A stretch of DNA of 64,000 nt, taken from positions 32,001 through 96,000 of IMG/VR virus record IMGVR_UViG_3300035520_000529, one strand, 5' to 3'. This stretch comes from a virus. Its lineage: Duplodnaviria; Caudoviricetes. A model generated the notes under the pieces. The model had not been told where the DNA came from. It worked only from the letters and a program-made list of their open reading frames with translations, and did not search any database. Both the position numbers and the translations under genes were made by a program. The first letter of the stretch is position 1, and each line of letters starts with the position of its first letter. This document shows positions 49,744-60,929 of the stretch, in pieces.

Positions 49744-50226
49744 CTATGTCTTTGTTTCATAGCACTCTACAGCTAAATCTTCTGCATAGAACGTCATTAC
49801 TCGACAAGCGTTTTTGTCATTTACGTTACCTGCAACATTGCTAATGAGTTCTAATTTTTTTAGTCCTACTATTCTTTTATTGTTAAACATATCATCTATT
49901 AGAGCAGAAATTAAGTCGATTCTAGTACCGCCACGATGAGTTCTCATTAAGTTTACATGAGATATTATGTATATGGTTATTACCAACTTACCATAAACGT
50001 TATTTTGTTCGCTATAGATTTCGGGAATATCTACTTCTAAACAGATATAGTTCTTTTCATCCTCTGGAGAGTCTGGAACTCGAATAAAGTTAAAAAAATT
50101 ATCATACATATAATCATCGGGATGGTTTATCTTATCTTTATCTACCAACGCTAATATTTGCTTATTGGCTATGATTTTAGCCATTAACTTTTCTTTATAC
50201 TCTGCTATTGCCCTTGATTTACTCAT
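49744..50226 (-). CDS. Putative tail terminator/neck protein
   Basis: RIDLI..LID..F motif and position. Confidence 0.55.
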   Translation of the reverse strand: MSKSRAIAEYKEKLMAKIIANKQILALVDKDKINHPDDYMYDNFFNFIRVPDSPEDEKNYICLEVDIPEIYSEQNNVYGKLVITIYIISHVNLMRTHRGGTRIDLISALIDDMFNNKRIVGLKKLELISNVAGNVNDKNACRVMTFYAEDLAVECYETKT

Positions 50227-51271
50227 ATAGACTCACCACCTTAACGTATAGTTCTGACTTGTATTCACCAAACTCATTAGTTAATACTAGTTTGAATTGC
50301 GTACCTATAAGACTTTCATTAAACTCTACTCTAATTTTGATAGTGTTGCCGTCTATAGCATAATCGAAATATTTTTCTTCACTCTCTAATGTTATTAAGT
50401 TCCATTGAACAGATTGATTTAATTCGTTATTGTTTTCGTCAACAATTTTACCAGTAAACTCTTTATATGAGCCACCACACTTTAAAATAGGTTTTCCCTC
50501 ACAATTTATTTCACTGTGTATCTCATTACTAGAATAGAATGGGTTATCCTTACCTAAGTTTTCATCATAATCAGCAATCATCAAATCGAAGTTATCTCTA
50601 TCATCGTTTCGCTGAGTTTGTGTAAACATGAATATTATTAGGTGGTCTTTAGTATTAAGTTCTCCATCTTCATCAACGTCTTTGGTGTTAAAGTTGTAAT
50701 TCATTACATTTCTGTTAGTTACTATATATGCATCGGGATTGAAGCTATCTATATCGATTAAAAATCGCCTATCTCTGCGAATTTTAATAGTCTCGCTATC
50801 TAATGGAAAGTATCCCTTGTAACGCTGTTCTAGTTGATACATAACATCTCCAGATGTTTTTAGACCTACCGCTTGTTTAGTGCTATCCGATAAGTAACCA
50901 TATCTACCTATGATTTCGCCTTTTTCATTTTGCCATTTTAGGTATACGTTACATCGATACATCATTCCACGTTGGTATATAACGTCCTCACAATCATTGT
51001 CATAGACTATCCAATGCTCATCGTTCCACTCTACTATAGACCCTATATTAATAGACTCATTAGGCATTGAAGTTATCTTTTTGGTATCTAATTCTGTGGA
51101 TGAGGATATTATTGCCACAAACTGAGGTTTTCCGTCTACCAAAACCTTTTTGTAGGCTGGTGAATGTTGTACCATTTTGGATATGTCTCTCTTAGTTCTC
51201 TTAATAGTTCTATCTCTTTGAGTCTCTCCATCGCAATGCAGTAGACTCGAATATATGTCCCATTGAACCAT
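50219..51271 (-). CDS. Putative head closure/neck protein
   Basis: Position. GS.VEW...W.V and CN..LKW motifs. Confidence 0.55.
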   Translation of the reverse strand: MVQWDIYSSLLHCDGETQRDRTIKRTKRDISKMVQHSPAYKKVLVDGKPQFVAIISSSTELDTKKITSMPNESINIGSIVEWNDEHWIVYDNDCEDVIYQRGMMYRCNVYLKWQNEKGEIIGRYGYLSDSTKQAVGLKTSGDVMYQLEQRYKGYFPLDSETIKIRRDRRFLIDIDSFNPDAYIVTNRNVMNYNFNTKDVDEDGELNTKDHLIIFMFTQTQRNDDRDNFDLMIADYDENLGKDNPFYSSNEIHSEINCEGKPILKCGGSYKEFTGKIVDENNNELNQSVQWNLITLESEEKYFDYAIDGNTIKIRVEFNESLIGTQFKLVLTNEFGEYKSELYVKVVSLYE

Positions 51272-51726
51272 TATAGATACACCACCTTATGTCCTTTAGT
51301 CTTTTCGGATAGGTTAGTATACTTAAAGGTGTATTCGTTAACTCGTAAGCGAATGTTTTTCCTAGCAGTATCGTATACTGCTTGAATCTTTTCTATTAAA
51401 TTAGCGGTTGAGTACTCGGTAAAGTCTCTAGTATTAAGTCTATTCTGTAATAACTCATCATCATGTATGATAGGGTTTAGCCACTCTACCACCATAGCTT
51501 CTGCTAAGAGGTCTATCTCAATACTTCCTAAAGTATCCTTGAAAGATTGATTTTCCTCATCTACATCAGTGACATCTACTTTTAGCTCGGTTTGGTATTC
51601 AGCACAAGCAGAGTCTAGATAGTTTCTAAGGATATAATCTCTATTGTCTTCGGGAATTTCCATTATTTTATAAGTGGATACCTTAAACAAAAACTTATTA
51701 TATACACTAGAAAAAGGAGTTGACAT
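51271..51726 (-). CDS. Putative head-tail adaptor
   Basis: MSTPFSSVY..FL, EI.LLA..MV.EWL, DF..YS.AN. Confidence 0.6.
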   Translation of the reverse strand: MSTPFSSVYNKFLFKVSTYKIMEIPEDNRDYILRNYLDSACAEYQTELKVDVTDVDEENQSFKDTLGSIEIDLLAEAMVVEWLNPIIHDDELLQNRLNTRDFTEYSTANLIEKIQAVYDTARKNIRLRVNEYTFKYTNLSEKTKGHKVVYL

Positions 51727-51741
51727 ATTATCAACTCCTTT

Positions 51742-52299
51742 CTAATTTTCAATAAGTTCGTAACCTAGAACTTCCTCTAACGCCTTAATCTTTTTAACTG
51801 AGTCTAGTGTACCATCTTCAATTAACTTAATGGCTCTTATGCCTACAGATTGCTTCATAGAACGTGATAACTTACTTACCTTGTCTTTTAGCTCTTGCTC
51901 ATCTAGTTCAAAGATAGAGTCAAACTCATCAACGGGTATAAAGTCTTTATAAAACTTTTCTACTCCTAAGGCTCTTTGCACGATAGGGTTTACTTCTATC
52001 CAATTTTCAGAGAATACTTTAGGATACCTCTTTTTAATCTTTATGAGGTCTCCCATCTCCATTTCAATAGTATCTCCAAAGTTTTCTAACTCATTAGCAT
52101 AACCATCATTATCTACTAAGACTAATAAACCTTGCGTTGCATTGGTAACTTTTACTAGTTCATCTGTTGGAATTTTAGTTCTAGTCCTAACCTTTGCAGA
52201 CTCCTCTTGTACAGAAACTTCCGAAGTTGTTTTAGTAACAACCTCGGAAACTGTAGTAGTATTGTCAGTAGTGTTAGAAGTTTTCTTCTTTACAGCCAT
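51742..52299 (-). CDS. Hypothetical virion protein
   Basis: SD GGAGGTG. Follows the capsid gene. Confidence 0.6.
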   Translation of the reverse strand: MAVKKKTSNTTDNTTTVSEVVTKTTSEVSVQEESAKVRTRTKIPTDELVKVTNATQGLLVLVDNDGYANELENFGDTIEMEMGDLIKIKKRYPKVFSENWIEVNPIVQRALGVEKFYKDFIPVDEFDSIFELDEQELKDKVSKLSRSMKQSVGIRAIKLIEDGTLDSVKKIKALEEVLGYELIEN

Positions 52300-52316
52300 A
52301 ATTTTCACCTCCAACA

Positions 52317-53345
52317 CTAAGCAATCTTATAAACACCATTCTTCTTACCAGCTAGTACTACACCACAACCAAACTTTTCCAAAGTGATAAAGTCTTGTGA
52401 TAAGTCCGCATTCTTATTTAATTCGGAGGTAAATACGTATGGATTGCCCTCAGTTACAAACTTAACGGGCTTCTCACCAGAGGTGCTTATTACATAGATA
52501 GTATCATCTGGAAGATAGAAATCCACGTTATTCCTTTGTAGTGCGTTTGGTATATAGATACAATTATATCCAAAGAACTTTCCGTAGTAACCCATTTCAT
52601 ATAGGTCTTCTTTAGCCTTTTCTGCAAGTAGAGTAGTATCTATCTTGATATTTCTTAAAGCTTTCTTAGTACCTAGAATGGTTGGTGCAGTGAAGTTCTT
52701 AGCTTCAACTCTCATACATAGGTCTAGTAGAGTCTCCTCAGAATAACCAGTTGATGATACTTCAAAGATATTGGTAGGATTGGAAGCAGTAATTCCTAAA
52801 AATGATGTTAATACTAACTCAATCTTCTTTCTAGCAAATGACTTACTAGTCTTATTGATAAATTCATCTATATTAGTTCTACCAGATAGTACTCTAATTA
52901 GTTCATCGTAAAACTTAACTTCATAGGTGTTGGTTTGAACCTCAAAATTCTTACCACCAGATAATCTTTGTCTAATAGCACCAGCAGTACCATCAGCTAT
53001 TCTGCTAACGTAGAAGTCGGAATCGTCTGGAATGTAGAAAGAGTTCTTGTCGCCTAAAGCAATGTTTTTGTACTCTACTATCTCGTTCCATAGTGGTAAG
53101 TCTAGTAGGTGGTCATCTTCTGTAATGGAAATGATGTCCTCAATGATTGAAAATAAACCATTGCACTTATTATCACGAATGTCTCGTAAATCAAAACTAG
53201 TTTTACCATTGTTTGCTTCTATTAAAGCCTTGTGTAATGCAGTTAGAGTCTCATCCTTGGAATAGGTTGTTGAAACAACGTTGTTTCTTGAAACGTCTAC
53301 CGCCATGGATACTAAAGCGTTTCTGTCATTAAATTCTAAACTCAT
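52317..53345 (-). CDS. Major capsid protein
   Basis: 342 aa, position after scaffold and decoration genes, ILGTKKAL and KPVKFVTEG motifs. Confidence 0.75.
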   Translation of the reverse strand: MSLEFNDRNALVSMAVDVSRNNVVSTTYSKDETLTALHKALIEANNGKTSFDLRDIRDNKCNGLFSIIEDIISITEDDHLLDLPLWNEIVEYKNIALGDKNSFYIPDDSDFYVSRIADGTAGAIRQRLSGGKNFEVQTNTYEVKFYDELIRVLSGRTNIDEFINKTSKSFARKKIELVLTSFLGITASNPTNIFEVSSTGYSEETLLDLCMRVEAKNFTAPTILGTKKALRNIKIDTTLLAEKAKEDLYEMGYYGKFFGYNCIYIPNALQRNNVDFYLPDDTIYVISTSGEKPVKFVTEGNPYVFTSELNKNADLSQDFITLEKFGCGVVLAGKKNGVYKIA

Positions 53346-53366
53346 ATTAAATCACTTCCTTATAAA

Positions 53367-53912
53367 TTAGTATATTCTCACAATATAGTAAGTCTCAAAG
53401 TCATATTGGAGTACGTTTTCAATAAAGGCAAAAGTTGGAGCAGTAGTAGTATCTTCTGAACCTACTGTTAACTTACCATCGTTTGAAAGAGTTACTTGCT
53501 TGTTTATACCTAAATCATCGGGATTTGTAAAGCATTCCGCTGAAAGACCAAAGCAAGATCTTTCTGTTAATGCGTAGGCTCTAACTACTAACCCAGCTTC
53601 GTTGTAGTACTCGTCTAGTGCGTGATGTGTACACTCATCATAGATTAGTTCGGGAGTTGCTACGATTGCTAATGTTGACTTATCTGCGGAAGCGTTAGTA
53701 TTTATTTGTGCAGAATATACTTCTAAGTTTGGTTCATTTAGTAAGGTTGTTAAAGTCTTAACTGCTCCTAAATCGATAATAGTACCATTATCACATTCGA
53801 TAGGAGTATCATTTTTGGTAACTAGTGCAGAATATACGTCTGTGGAATTTTCTGTACCACTAGCACGAGCGACATTAACAACGCCATGCTTTTTGGACTT
53901 ATCGTATGCCAT
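53367..53912 (-). CDS. Putative capsid decoration/structural protein
   Basis: DNG, PELIYDE, AG..VRAY motifs, between scaffold and MCP. Confidence 0.6.
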   Translation of the reverse strand: MAYDKSKKHGVVNVARASGTENSTDVYSALVTKNDTPIECDNGTIIDLGAVKTLTTLLNEPNLEVYSAQINTNASADKSTLAIVATPELIYDECTHHALDEYYNEAGLVVRAYALTERSCFGLSAECFTNPDDLGINKQVTLSNDGKLTVGSEDTTTAPTFAFIENVLQYDFETYYIVRIY

Positions 53913-53930
53913 GTTAATCATTTCCTTTCG

Positions 53931-55016
53931 TTATGCATTTAAATATTTCTTAATTAGTAAATCTTTTTCGGATTCTACTTTAGACACGTTATTTTGGTTT
54001 CCAAATGAAAAGTTTACAACGTTTGTAGTATCAGTGTGCTTAGTATTCTTAGTAGCAATTGCTTGTGCTTGTACATCCGCAAAGATACACTTGCACTTTA
54101 CTTCTAAGTCTTCAACAGAATATGTATCCATAGAGTCTTTTACTTTAGTAAATTCGTCATTGTCTTCTAAGTATGCACTCCATTTAGAGATTACTTCTAA
54201 ACATTCGTTATGCTTTTGTTCTTGTAGAACATTAGCTTTAAATTGACTTAATTCCTCAATTTGCTTGGATAGATTCTCAATCTCTTGCTTTTGTAATTCA
54301 TAAGACTTCTTTAAGGTTTCAAAATACTCTTTGTCTTCATCAGCTTCACTTTGAGAATTATTTTCCTCTTCAATGATAGAATCTAGTTCTTTACGCATTT
54401 CCTCAATAACCTCAGAAACGTCTCTATCTAAACTAAAGTTAATTAGTTTAGCACAAGCACCCTCCATAGCAGGTTGAATATCGTTACTTAATAGAGTAAC
54501 GCCCATATATGTAAAGTCTGTAACATCAAGGATAGTTTGTTCATCACAAATAGTTTCTTGATAATCGTTTACAGCAATCTCCATAGATAGATTAATAGTT
54601 TCGTCACGTTCAATAATATCTTGTGCATAGTTAGAATATTCTTTCCAAACGTATCCGTCTACTAACACATGATTTCTACCATCAGTCTGTTCTACAGCAT
54701 AGTTACACTCTTTAGGAACGAAACCTATTGGAACTTCCTTGTAAATCATTTTGGTTTGACTTTCGTCAAAAGCATTAGTTTCTAGAACCATATCGTGTCC
54801 CGAAAATTGATACTCTCCATTTTCGTCTTGAACAACCCTAGCTAATATTGGAATTAATTGTATTGAATCCTTAGCTTTTTGGATAGTATCAATGGAAAAA
54901 TTGATAGCATTCTTATTAACACCATCATGACAAACATTTAGTCTAAGCTTTAGAAATTTGTCAGAATTAAAAGAATCGTCTAAAGAACAAGTTACTTTAA
55001 TATTTTCTTTGCTCAT
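53931..55016 (-). CDS. Prohead protease/scaffold
   Basis: HDG.N.N, F.GH, SMEI, PAMEG, then a C-terminal coiled coil. Confidence 0.72.
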   Translation of the reverse strand: MSKENIKVTCSLDDSFNSDKFLKLRLNVCHDGVNKNAINFSIDTIQKAKDSIQLIPILARVVQDENGEYQFSGHDMVLETNAFDESQTKMIYKEVPIGFVPKECNYAVEQTDGRNHVLVDGYVWKEYSNYAQDIIERDETINLSMEIAVNDYQETICDEQTILDVTDFTYMGVTLLSNDIQPAMEGACAKLINFSLDRDVSEVIEEMRKELDSIIEEENNSQSEADEDKEYFETLKKSYELQKQEIENLSKQIEELSQFKANVLQEQKHNECLEVISKWSAYLEDNDEFTKVKDSMDTYSVEDLEVKCKCIFADVQAQAIATKNTKHTDTTNVVNFSFGNQNNVSKVESEKDLLIKKYLNA

Positions 55017-55019
55017 AAT

Positions 55020-55223
55020 TTACTCACCTACCTTAAAAAATAGTTTATTGGTAAACGTTAGTTTACTCTTATCTAAACCCAACGGTCTATCTTGAAAAAG
55101 TTGGGTAGATTCGACATTGTTTTTAAATATAAAATTGCCATTCAATGAATTTAGCATTGAATAGCCTAAGTCTAGTAATATATTTTTAGTCTCCTCATCA
55201 TTGGTGACTATGAACTTCTTCAT
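55020..55223 (-). CDS. Small hypothetical protein
   Basis: MKKFIVT...LGY...FKN...TNKL.F, between portal and scaffold. Confidence 0.6.
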   Translation of the reverse strand: MKKFIVTNDEETKNILLDLGYSMLNSLNGNFIFKNNVESTQLFQDRPLGLDKSKLTFTNKLFFKVGE

Positions 55224-55224
55224 A

Positions 55225-56781
55225 TTAGACATCATTAACATCTCTTTCTTTTGTGGATTCGCCACTATCAGTTAAATCGTTTCCAGACTCCTCACTAGTA
55301 GGTCTACCATTGTTTTCAGAGGAATCCGCACTACTTGTAGTGTATGACGATTGCAAAGGCTTAAACTCATCAACAAGATTAAGAAAATCGTTCTCAGTAA
55401 AGCACATACCCTCTAAAATGGATTGGTCGAAACCTAGGCTGGAAACTATAGCACTCTTAGTTGGAATGCCATATTGAGCATCTTTTAGGTATAAATCGTG
55501 CATATCTTTTTGATGGTAGTATGAAACGTCTAAAATATTTATTTGGAATTTAATAGTACCACTTAAACCTTTTAGAAGTCTATTAACCACTCTCTCAATC
55601 TGCCTATTTAATGAAAATGCTAAAGCTTCATCTGCCATTAAACTAATTTTCAAAGAAGTTGAACTTTGACTATCTCCACCAAATAATAGACTGCTTACAC
55701 CTACATCATTAAAATAATCCGCAACAGCTTCACTTACAGAGTTTGAGGAGTTGTCTCGCTCAAAAGTAATCTCTTGTAAGTCAGTAGGAGTCATATACAA
55801 GCCTACATTTTCGGGGAGTATGTTTAGTATCATTTCATAAAAGTTATCCATTTCATTGTGAGACATTAAAGGTTGTCCATCGCTACCAATAGGAACTTTT
55901 AAACCTAACGCTTTATAGTTTTCAATCTCTGATGATGACAACTTAATGTCTTTATAGTCCTCAATATCATATAAGGCAGGTAAACATCCTAAAAATGGTA
56001 TTACTGGTTTTAAACTATCCTCATTAACTTTTATGCAAAATTCGTTCTTATGGTCTAATTCTTGCCAACGATAATTATTCCTATCCTTTGCATAGTTTTG
56101 ATACTTTAAAACAAATTCTTCTCCATATTGCTTTAATTCTCTCTCTAAATCGTTTCCGAACCTATCGAAATAGCTAAAATCGAACGAATATACATAACAA
56201 CCATCACAGATACCGCTGATGGCACAATAGTCTGGATTTAACGTCCTTATGTACACAGAATCTTTGTTTTTGTATATGTATCCATAAAAAACATCTTCTC
56301 TCCATGCTATGATTTTAGCCTTTATCATTTCATGTTTTAAATTGAGAATTTCCAAAAAGTCACACGCTCTTTTATAGCACGTTTTGAAAGTCTTACCATT
56401 ATCCTTTTGGTATTTTTCTTTATCGAATTTAAAAGGGCGAATGGTGTAATTTAGCGGTGTCATATTAGCAAAATATTGTATGGTTCTCTTATACTGCGGT
56501 GATACGTTGTACAAGTGCCTAGATAGGTCTCTTAAAACCTTTTCATTAGCTTCTGGATTGCTCATGAGGTTCAAGAGTTCGTCTTTACTTATGCCAAAAT
56601 GATGATGCTTCATCTCGGAAACCTTACCATCTTTTAGACAATAACCATGGTATCCGTATATTCTTGCACGATTATCAGTAGGCTTTCTAGGATTTTTTAA
56701 ATCCACCAAAGGAACTTCTAAAGAACTAAAATAGTTTTTCCAACTAACCTTATTTGAATCTTTATCGGCATTGTTTTCCAA
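55225..56781 (-). CDS. Portal protein
   Basis: 518 aa after terminase. LR.LS..LY..S..YKR, GVSSLLF, C-terminal GRP. Confidence 0.8.
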   Translation of the reverse strand: MENNADKDSNKVSWKNYFSSLEVPLVDLKNPRKPTDNRARIYGYHGYCLKDGKVSEMKHHHFGISKDELLNLMSNPEANEKVLRDLSRHLYNVSPQYKRTIQYFANMTPLNYTIRPFKFDKEKYQKDNGKTFKTCYKRACDFLEILNLKHEMIKAKIIAWREDVFYGYIYKNKDSVYIRTLNPDYCAISGICDGCYVYSFDFSYFDRFGNDLERELKQYGEEFVLKYQNYAKDRNNYRWQELDHKNEFCIKVNEDSLKPVIPFLGCLPALYDIEDYKDIKLSSSEIENYKALGLKVPIGSDGQPLMSHNEMDNFYEMILNILPENVGLYMTPTDLQEITFERDNSSNSVSEAVADYFNDVGVSSLLFGGDSQSSTSLKISLMADEALAFSLNRQIERVVNRLLKGLSGTIKFQINILDVSYYHQKDMHDLYLKDAQYGIPTKSAIVSSLGFDQSILEGMCFTENDFLNLVDEFKPLQSSYTTSSADSSENNGRPTSEESGNDLTDSGESTKERDVNDV

Positions 56782-56789
56782 AAAATCAC

Positions 56790-58547
56790 CTACTTTCTTT
56801 TTAGCATTTTAGGAGGTCGCATTTTGTATTTAAAGTTAGACAATGTATCATTAGGTTTTTTGAGTTTCAATTCTAACTCATTAGCAATTTGGTTTCCATA
56901 AGACAACGCAGAATAGCGGTCTTTACGTCTATCCGATTGCTCTTTTATTTTAATATCATTGCCTTGTGCAATGTATTCTAGGTTTACTAATTCGTTGATT
57001 AGTAATGAAGTTTGAATATATGGCAACTTAACTTCTAAGCGTTGCTCAGAAGACAAGTCTTTGTAATACTTATTAGTACTCATTCGGTTTTCAAATTCCG
57101 CTTCGCTTTCAAGGAGTCGCATTTTACCTCTACTTAGGCAATCTCTCAAAGAGTACGCACACGCACTATTAAACGAAGCACTTGCTTTAATGCTATATAT
57201 TACTTTCCTTGGAAATGAATCTTTTCCCTTATAACGTTCTGCCATTTCTTTGCTATTACAACATTGCAACGCTGGAAATATTTTTCCAGTTCCATCATCG
57301 ACTAAATCGTCCACAAGGTTGTCAAATACAGTCATGCCTACTCCGTTGGTGTCAAGAACGATGTAATCACACTCTAAATCATCGAAAATGTTCCTAATTT
57401 GTAAAGCTTGTGACTTACCATGTCCACCCTCAAATACTTCTAAATACACAACATTTCGGATATATTGCCCATTATCCGTGGGGAGAAGCTGTAACACAAA
57501 TATCGCAGTTGCATCGTTTTTATTCTTTTTAGAACTCATTACAGCAATATCCACACAGACTAAACGCAATTCGCCTTTAATCTTATGTGTGTATTTTATG
57601 ACTTTATCACTAACGCTTGAATACACATTGTTTACATACAATGGCAATTGCAATCTCCTAGATTTGATTAAATCGTCATATTTGAAGAATGCGTTTTCAC
57701 TTTCGCCGAAGAACAAGCAACCCATCTCCATCATGAAAGAAACTTCATTAAAAGTGCTTTCTGACATCTCATCCTCAACTCTTTGTCTTGAAAGCAAACC
57801 CTCCTTAATAGCCAATTGATATGGAAACCCACAAACAAAATAGCTACGTTTATCGTCAATCATATTAACACAATAATCTTTAACGTGTTGCCATGACCAG
57901 TGGTTTTTTAGCCAACATGACGATAAATAGACTGTTTGCTCACGTTCCTCAAGATTTGCATACTCTGGTTTGTCTTTGTAGTTTGGTCTTCTTTGAATTA
58001 AAAATTTTCTAATGACAGTATCTACTACACTTTTGTCTATTTGTCGATATTCGTCTATTATTAATACTGTGGCACGATTACCTCTTGCATTATCATTGGC
58101 AGTAGCTACCTTTATATATGAGCCATTCTTAAAGACTATTTGTGCTTTTTGACCAGTGATTACAGTTAGCTTTTGAATGATTTCATTCGCTAACAACGCA
58201 GAATTGGGAATTAACTCTTTCTCAATCTTTTCTAAGACTTGATTTGCTTGTCCCCTAGTTTTAGAAACTACCACTATTTTACTTTCGGGATAGAGTATGG
58301 CTTTTGCAACCGCAAATACTGCTGACATAAACGTCTTACCAATTCCCCTCGAAGCTAAATTGGTAAAGTTAGCATTGTTAAACATCATCACAAGGAGAAT
58401 TTGTTGAAACTTTTTTAGGTGTAGATTAAGGTAATCTTTTGCGAACCTATGTGGATTTGCTCTGTAATATCCGCACCAAACGTCCACTCCTTTGAGGATT
58501 CTTTCAGCTTTGCTATTAGGATTTTCAAAAATTTTTTCCATGTTCAT
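56790..58547 (-). CDS. Terminase large subunit
   Basis: ASRGIGKT Walker A, LIIDE Walker B, VDIA nuclease, KDRYSA. Confidence 0.9.
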   Translation of the reverse strand: MNMEKIFENPNSKAERILKGVDVWCGYYRANPHRFAKDYLNLHLKKFQQILLVMMFNNANFTNLASRGIGKTFMSAVFAVAKAILYPESKIVVVSKTRGQANQVLEKIEKELIPNSALLANEIIQKLTVITGQKAQIVFKNGSYIKVATANDNARGNRATVLIIDEYRQIDKSVVDTVIRKFLIQRRPNYKDKPEYANLEEREQTVYLSSCWLKNHWSWQHVKDYCVNMIDDKRSYFVCGFPYQLAIKEGLLSRQRVEDEMSESTFNEVSFMMEMGCLFFGESENAFFKYDDLIKSRRLQLPLYVNNVYSSVSDKVIKYTHKIKGELRLVCVDIAVMSSKKNKNDATAIFVLQLLPTDNGQYIRNVVYLEVFEGGHGKSQALQIRNIFDDLECDYIVLDTNGVGMTVFDNLVDDLVDDGTGKIFPALQCCNSKEMAERYKGKDSFPRKVIYSIKASASFNSACAYSLRDCLSRGKMRLLESEAEFENRMSTNKYYKDLSSEQRLEVKLPYIQTSLLINELVNLEYIAQGNDIKIKEQSDRRKDRYSALSYGNQIANELELKLKKPNDTLSNFKYKMRPPKMLKRK

Positions 58548-58551
58548 ATCC

Positions 58552-59562
58552 TCAAATTTGACCAAACACATCTTCAAAGTTTGGTGGTTCTACATCATCG
58601 TCATAGGTTGGAGGGTTTACAGTATACTTTTCCATTTCATTAAGATACTGTTGCGAATACTCATTTTTAATACCAATCATCTCACATAAATGTCCCAAAA
58701 AGAACACTTCAATATACTTTTTAATTCCATCTATATCTTGCCACTCATTAGAGGGTTGTGAAATTGGTCTCTCATTTTCCACCTTTTTTATGAACGTTCC
58801 AAAAGTATTACTGTCTGCTAAAATAGCATCATTCTGTTGGTTTGGCTTGATGTTTGCAGACGTTAGATAGTCATTATATTGCTTTAACAAATCTGCGTAC
58901 TTTTCACCGCTCTGCATATTTTTCAATATTTGCAAGTCCATTAACGATAGCTTTTTAAAGATTTCTTCTTGTGCCATAGTTTTGCATTCATGACGATTTA
59001 TCCATGAGTTGTATTTTTCATTTAAGAATATGTAATCGGTTTCTTCAAAACCAAATCCCCACTTTTTTACATCGTCTTGCGTAGTGGTAACTTTTTCATT
59101 TAGAACGTCATTAATAGAAGTTATCTTCGATTCTTCGACTTTTTCTTCTTCAATAGTATCTAGATAAGATTTATTAGAATGCTCTCCTACACTCACTTTA
59201 TTAATGTACTGAGTAACCCTATTTTGAGGTTTCGAACTCTTTAAAACTTGCTCTACTACTTCTTTATTATAGTAAATATCGAATGCCATACAAACATATC
59301 TATACGATGTAAATTCATCGTAGATACGTGCGTACTCAAGATATTGCCAGTTAATACAATCGTTACATATTGGCAAATAATTACCATTTCCAACATAATA
59401 TTTACTGCATGATATTGGAAAATATTTTGCTTGTTCTTCATACACTTTTCCGCACTTGCAACATCTATGGTTAATGTCTAAAGAGAACGTTTTATCCACT
59501 TTATTTTCCAATATTTTTTTAGATTGTGAACCGTTTTTTCGACCTAAATTTTGTTTAGCCAT
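58552..59562 (-). CDS. Zn-finger protein upstream of terminase (possible small terminase)
   Basis: CCKCG...PICNDC, WGFG. Position. Confidence 0.55.
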   Translation of the reverse strand: MAKQNLGRKNGSQSKKILENKVDKTFSLDINHRCCKCGKVYEEQAKYFPISCSKYYVGNGNYLPICNDCINWQYLEYARIYDEFTSYRYVCMAFDIYYNKEVVEQVLKSSKPQNRVTQYINKVSVGEHSNKSYLDTIEEEKVEESKITSINDVLNEKVTTTQDDVKKWGFGFEETDYIFLNEKYNSWINRHECKTMAQEEIFKKLSLMDLQILKNMQSGEKYADLLKQYNDYLTSANIKPNQQNDAILADSNTFGTFIKKVENERPISQPSNEWQDIDGIKKYIEVFFLGHLCEMIGIKNEYSQQYLNEMEKYTVNPPTYDDDVEPPNFEDVFGQI

Positions 59563-59762
59563 TAAAACCCGTTACTGAAAACTTATAAAAAGTTATAACA
59601 ACTCTTGATTAAGTTACAAAATTTATAACTTTTAGGTTTCATTCCTTATTCAACGTGTCCGCTTTGAGTTTTGTTTCCAAAACCTACTCACACTTGTGTG
59701 ACACTCCAAAGGCTTAAATTCCCGACTAACGTATCGGTACATTCGTGTAACACTTGTGTTAG

Positions 59763-60929
59763 CTATGCTACACGATAGTCTGTACAGTTTTTCAAATTCA
59801 CACTAGCTTGGAAGTCTCTATCTATGGTGTTTCCACAGACTTCACAATGATAAATTCTATCTTTAAGCTTTAGGTCTTTCTTGATGTTTCCACAACAAGA
59901 ACATATTTTACTTGATGGATAGAACCTATCAGCAACCCTTAATTCTATGTGCTTCTCTTGGCACTTATACTCTAACTGTCTATGGAACTCATAGAAGCAT
60001 TGTTCTTGGACTGCCTTAGCTAGGTGCTTATTCTTCAGCATACCCTTAACGTTCAAATCTTCCAACACTATGAACTTTGGTTCTCGGTTCACAATCTCGG
60101 TAGTGGTTTGATTCAAGTAGTTATGTCGAATGTTCGTTAATCGGTGACTTAATTTTAAAAGTTGTCTTTGACTTTTTACAACGTTACGTGTTTTACAGTA
60201 ACGTTCTCCTTTCTTATTCATTAGGTATTTTCTAGATGCCTTGCGTTGTAACCTACGCTTTTTCTTGTTTAACTTACGTACTTTCATACTTTTGTTGATG
60301 TTCTTATAAGTGTTAGCGTCTGAGCAGATAGCCAAATCTTTGACACCTAGGTCTATGCCGATTCCATCATTTTTTGGTGTAACGTAACGCTCATCACACT
60401 CAATGCCTACAGATAACCACCAGTTAAGACCGTCGAAAGTAACTCTAGGATTAGAGTACTTTGCATTTTCGGGGATTCTGTTAGGCTCTGCGAGTCGAAC
60501 CCAGTTGAAAAGTTGCTTGTTAACTTTTCTACTAGTGGTCAACTTTTCGAGTTTGACTTTACCATCTTTAAATTTAATCTTAGCGGTATCTACATAGAAA
60601 CTAGGCTTTGAATGGTGTCTGCTCTTAAACTTTGGATGCTTAGCTAAACCTTTAAAGAACTTCTCAAACGCTCCACAACAGTCAATGATAGCCTGTTTAG
60701 TAACGTTGTTGCTGTAGTCATTAATCCATTGATACTCATCTTGAGTTTTGAGTTGTGTGAAAAGTTTTCTTAAATAATAATGACTGATAAACTTTCCACC
60801 GTTCTTGTAATTTTTATTTTGGTAATCTAATGCCCAATTGTACGCAAATCTCGCAACACTTGCACTTTGAAAGAGTTTAGTCTGTTGCTTATTATTAGGA
60901 CAAAGTTGAACTTTAATAGTCTTAATCAT
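59763..60929 (-). CDS. tnpB: TnpB RNA-guided endonuclease
   Basis: GIDLG, VLEDL, FYPSSKICSCCG, DRDFQA. Confidence 0.95.
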   Translation of the reverse strand: MIKTIKVQLCPNNKQQTKLFQSASVARFAYNWALDYQNKNYKNGGKFISHYYLRKLFTQLKTQDEYQWINDYSNNVTKQAIIDCCGAFEKFFKGLAKHPKFKSRHHSKPSFYVDTAKIKFKDGKVKLEKLTTSRKVNKQLFNWVRLAEPNRIPENAKYSNPRVTFDGLNWWLSVGIECDERYVTPKNDGIGIDLGVKDLAICSDANTYKNINKSMKVRKLNKKKRRLQRKASRKYLMNKKGERYCKTRNVVKSQRQLLKLSHRLTNIRHNYLNQTTTEIVNREPKFIVLEDLNVKGMLKNKHLAKAVQEQCFYEFHRQLEYKCQEKHIELRVADRFYPSSKICSCCGNIKKDLKLKDRIYHCEVCGNTIDRDFQASVNLKNCTDYRVA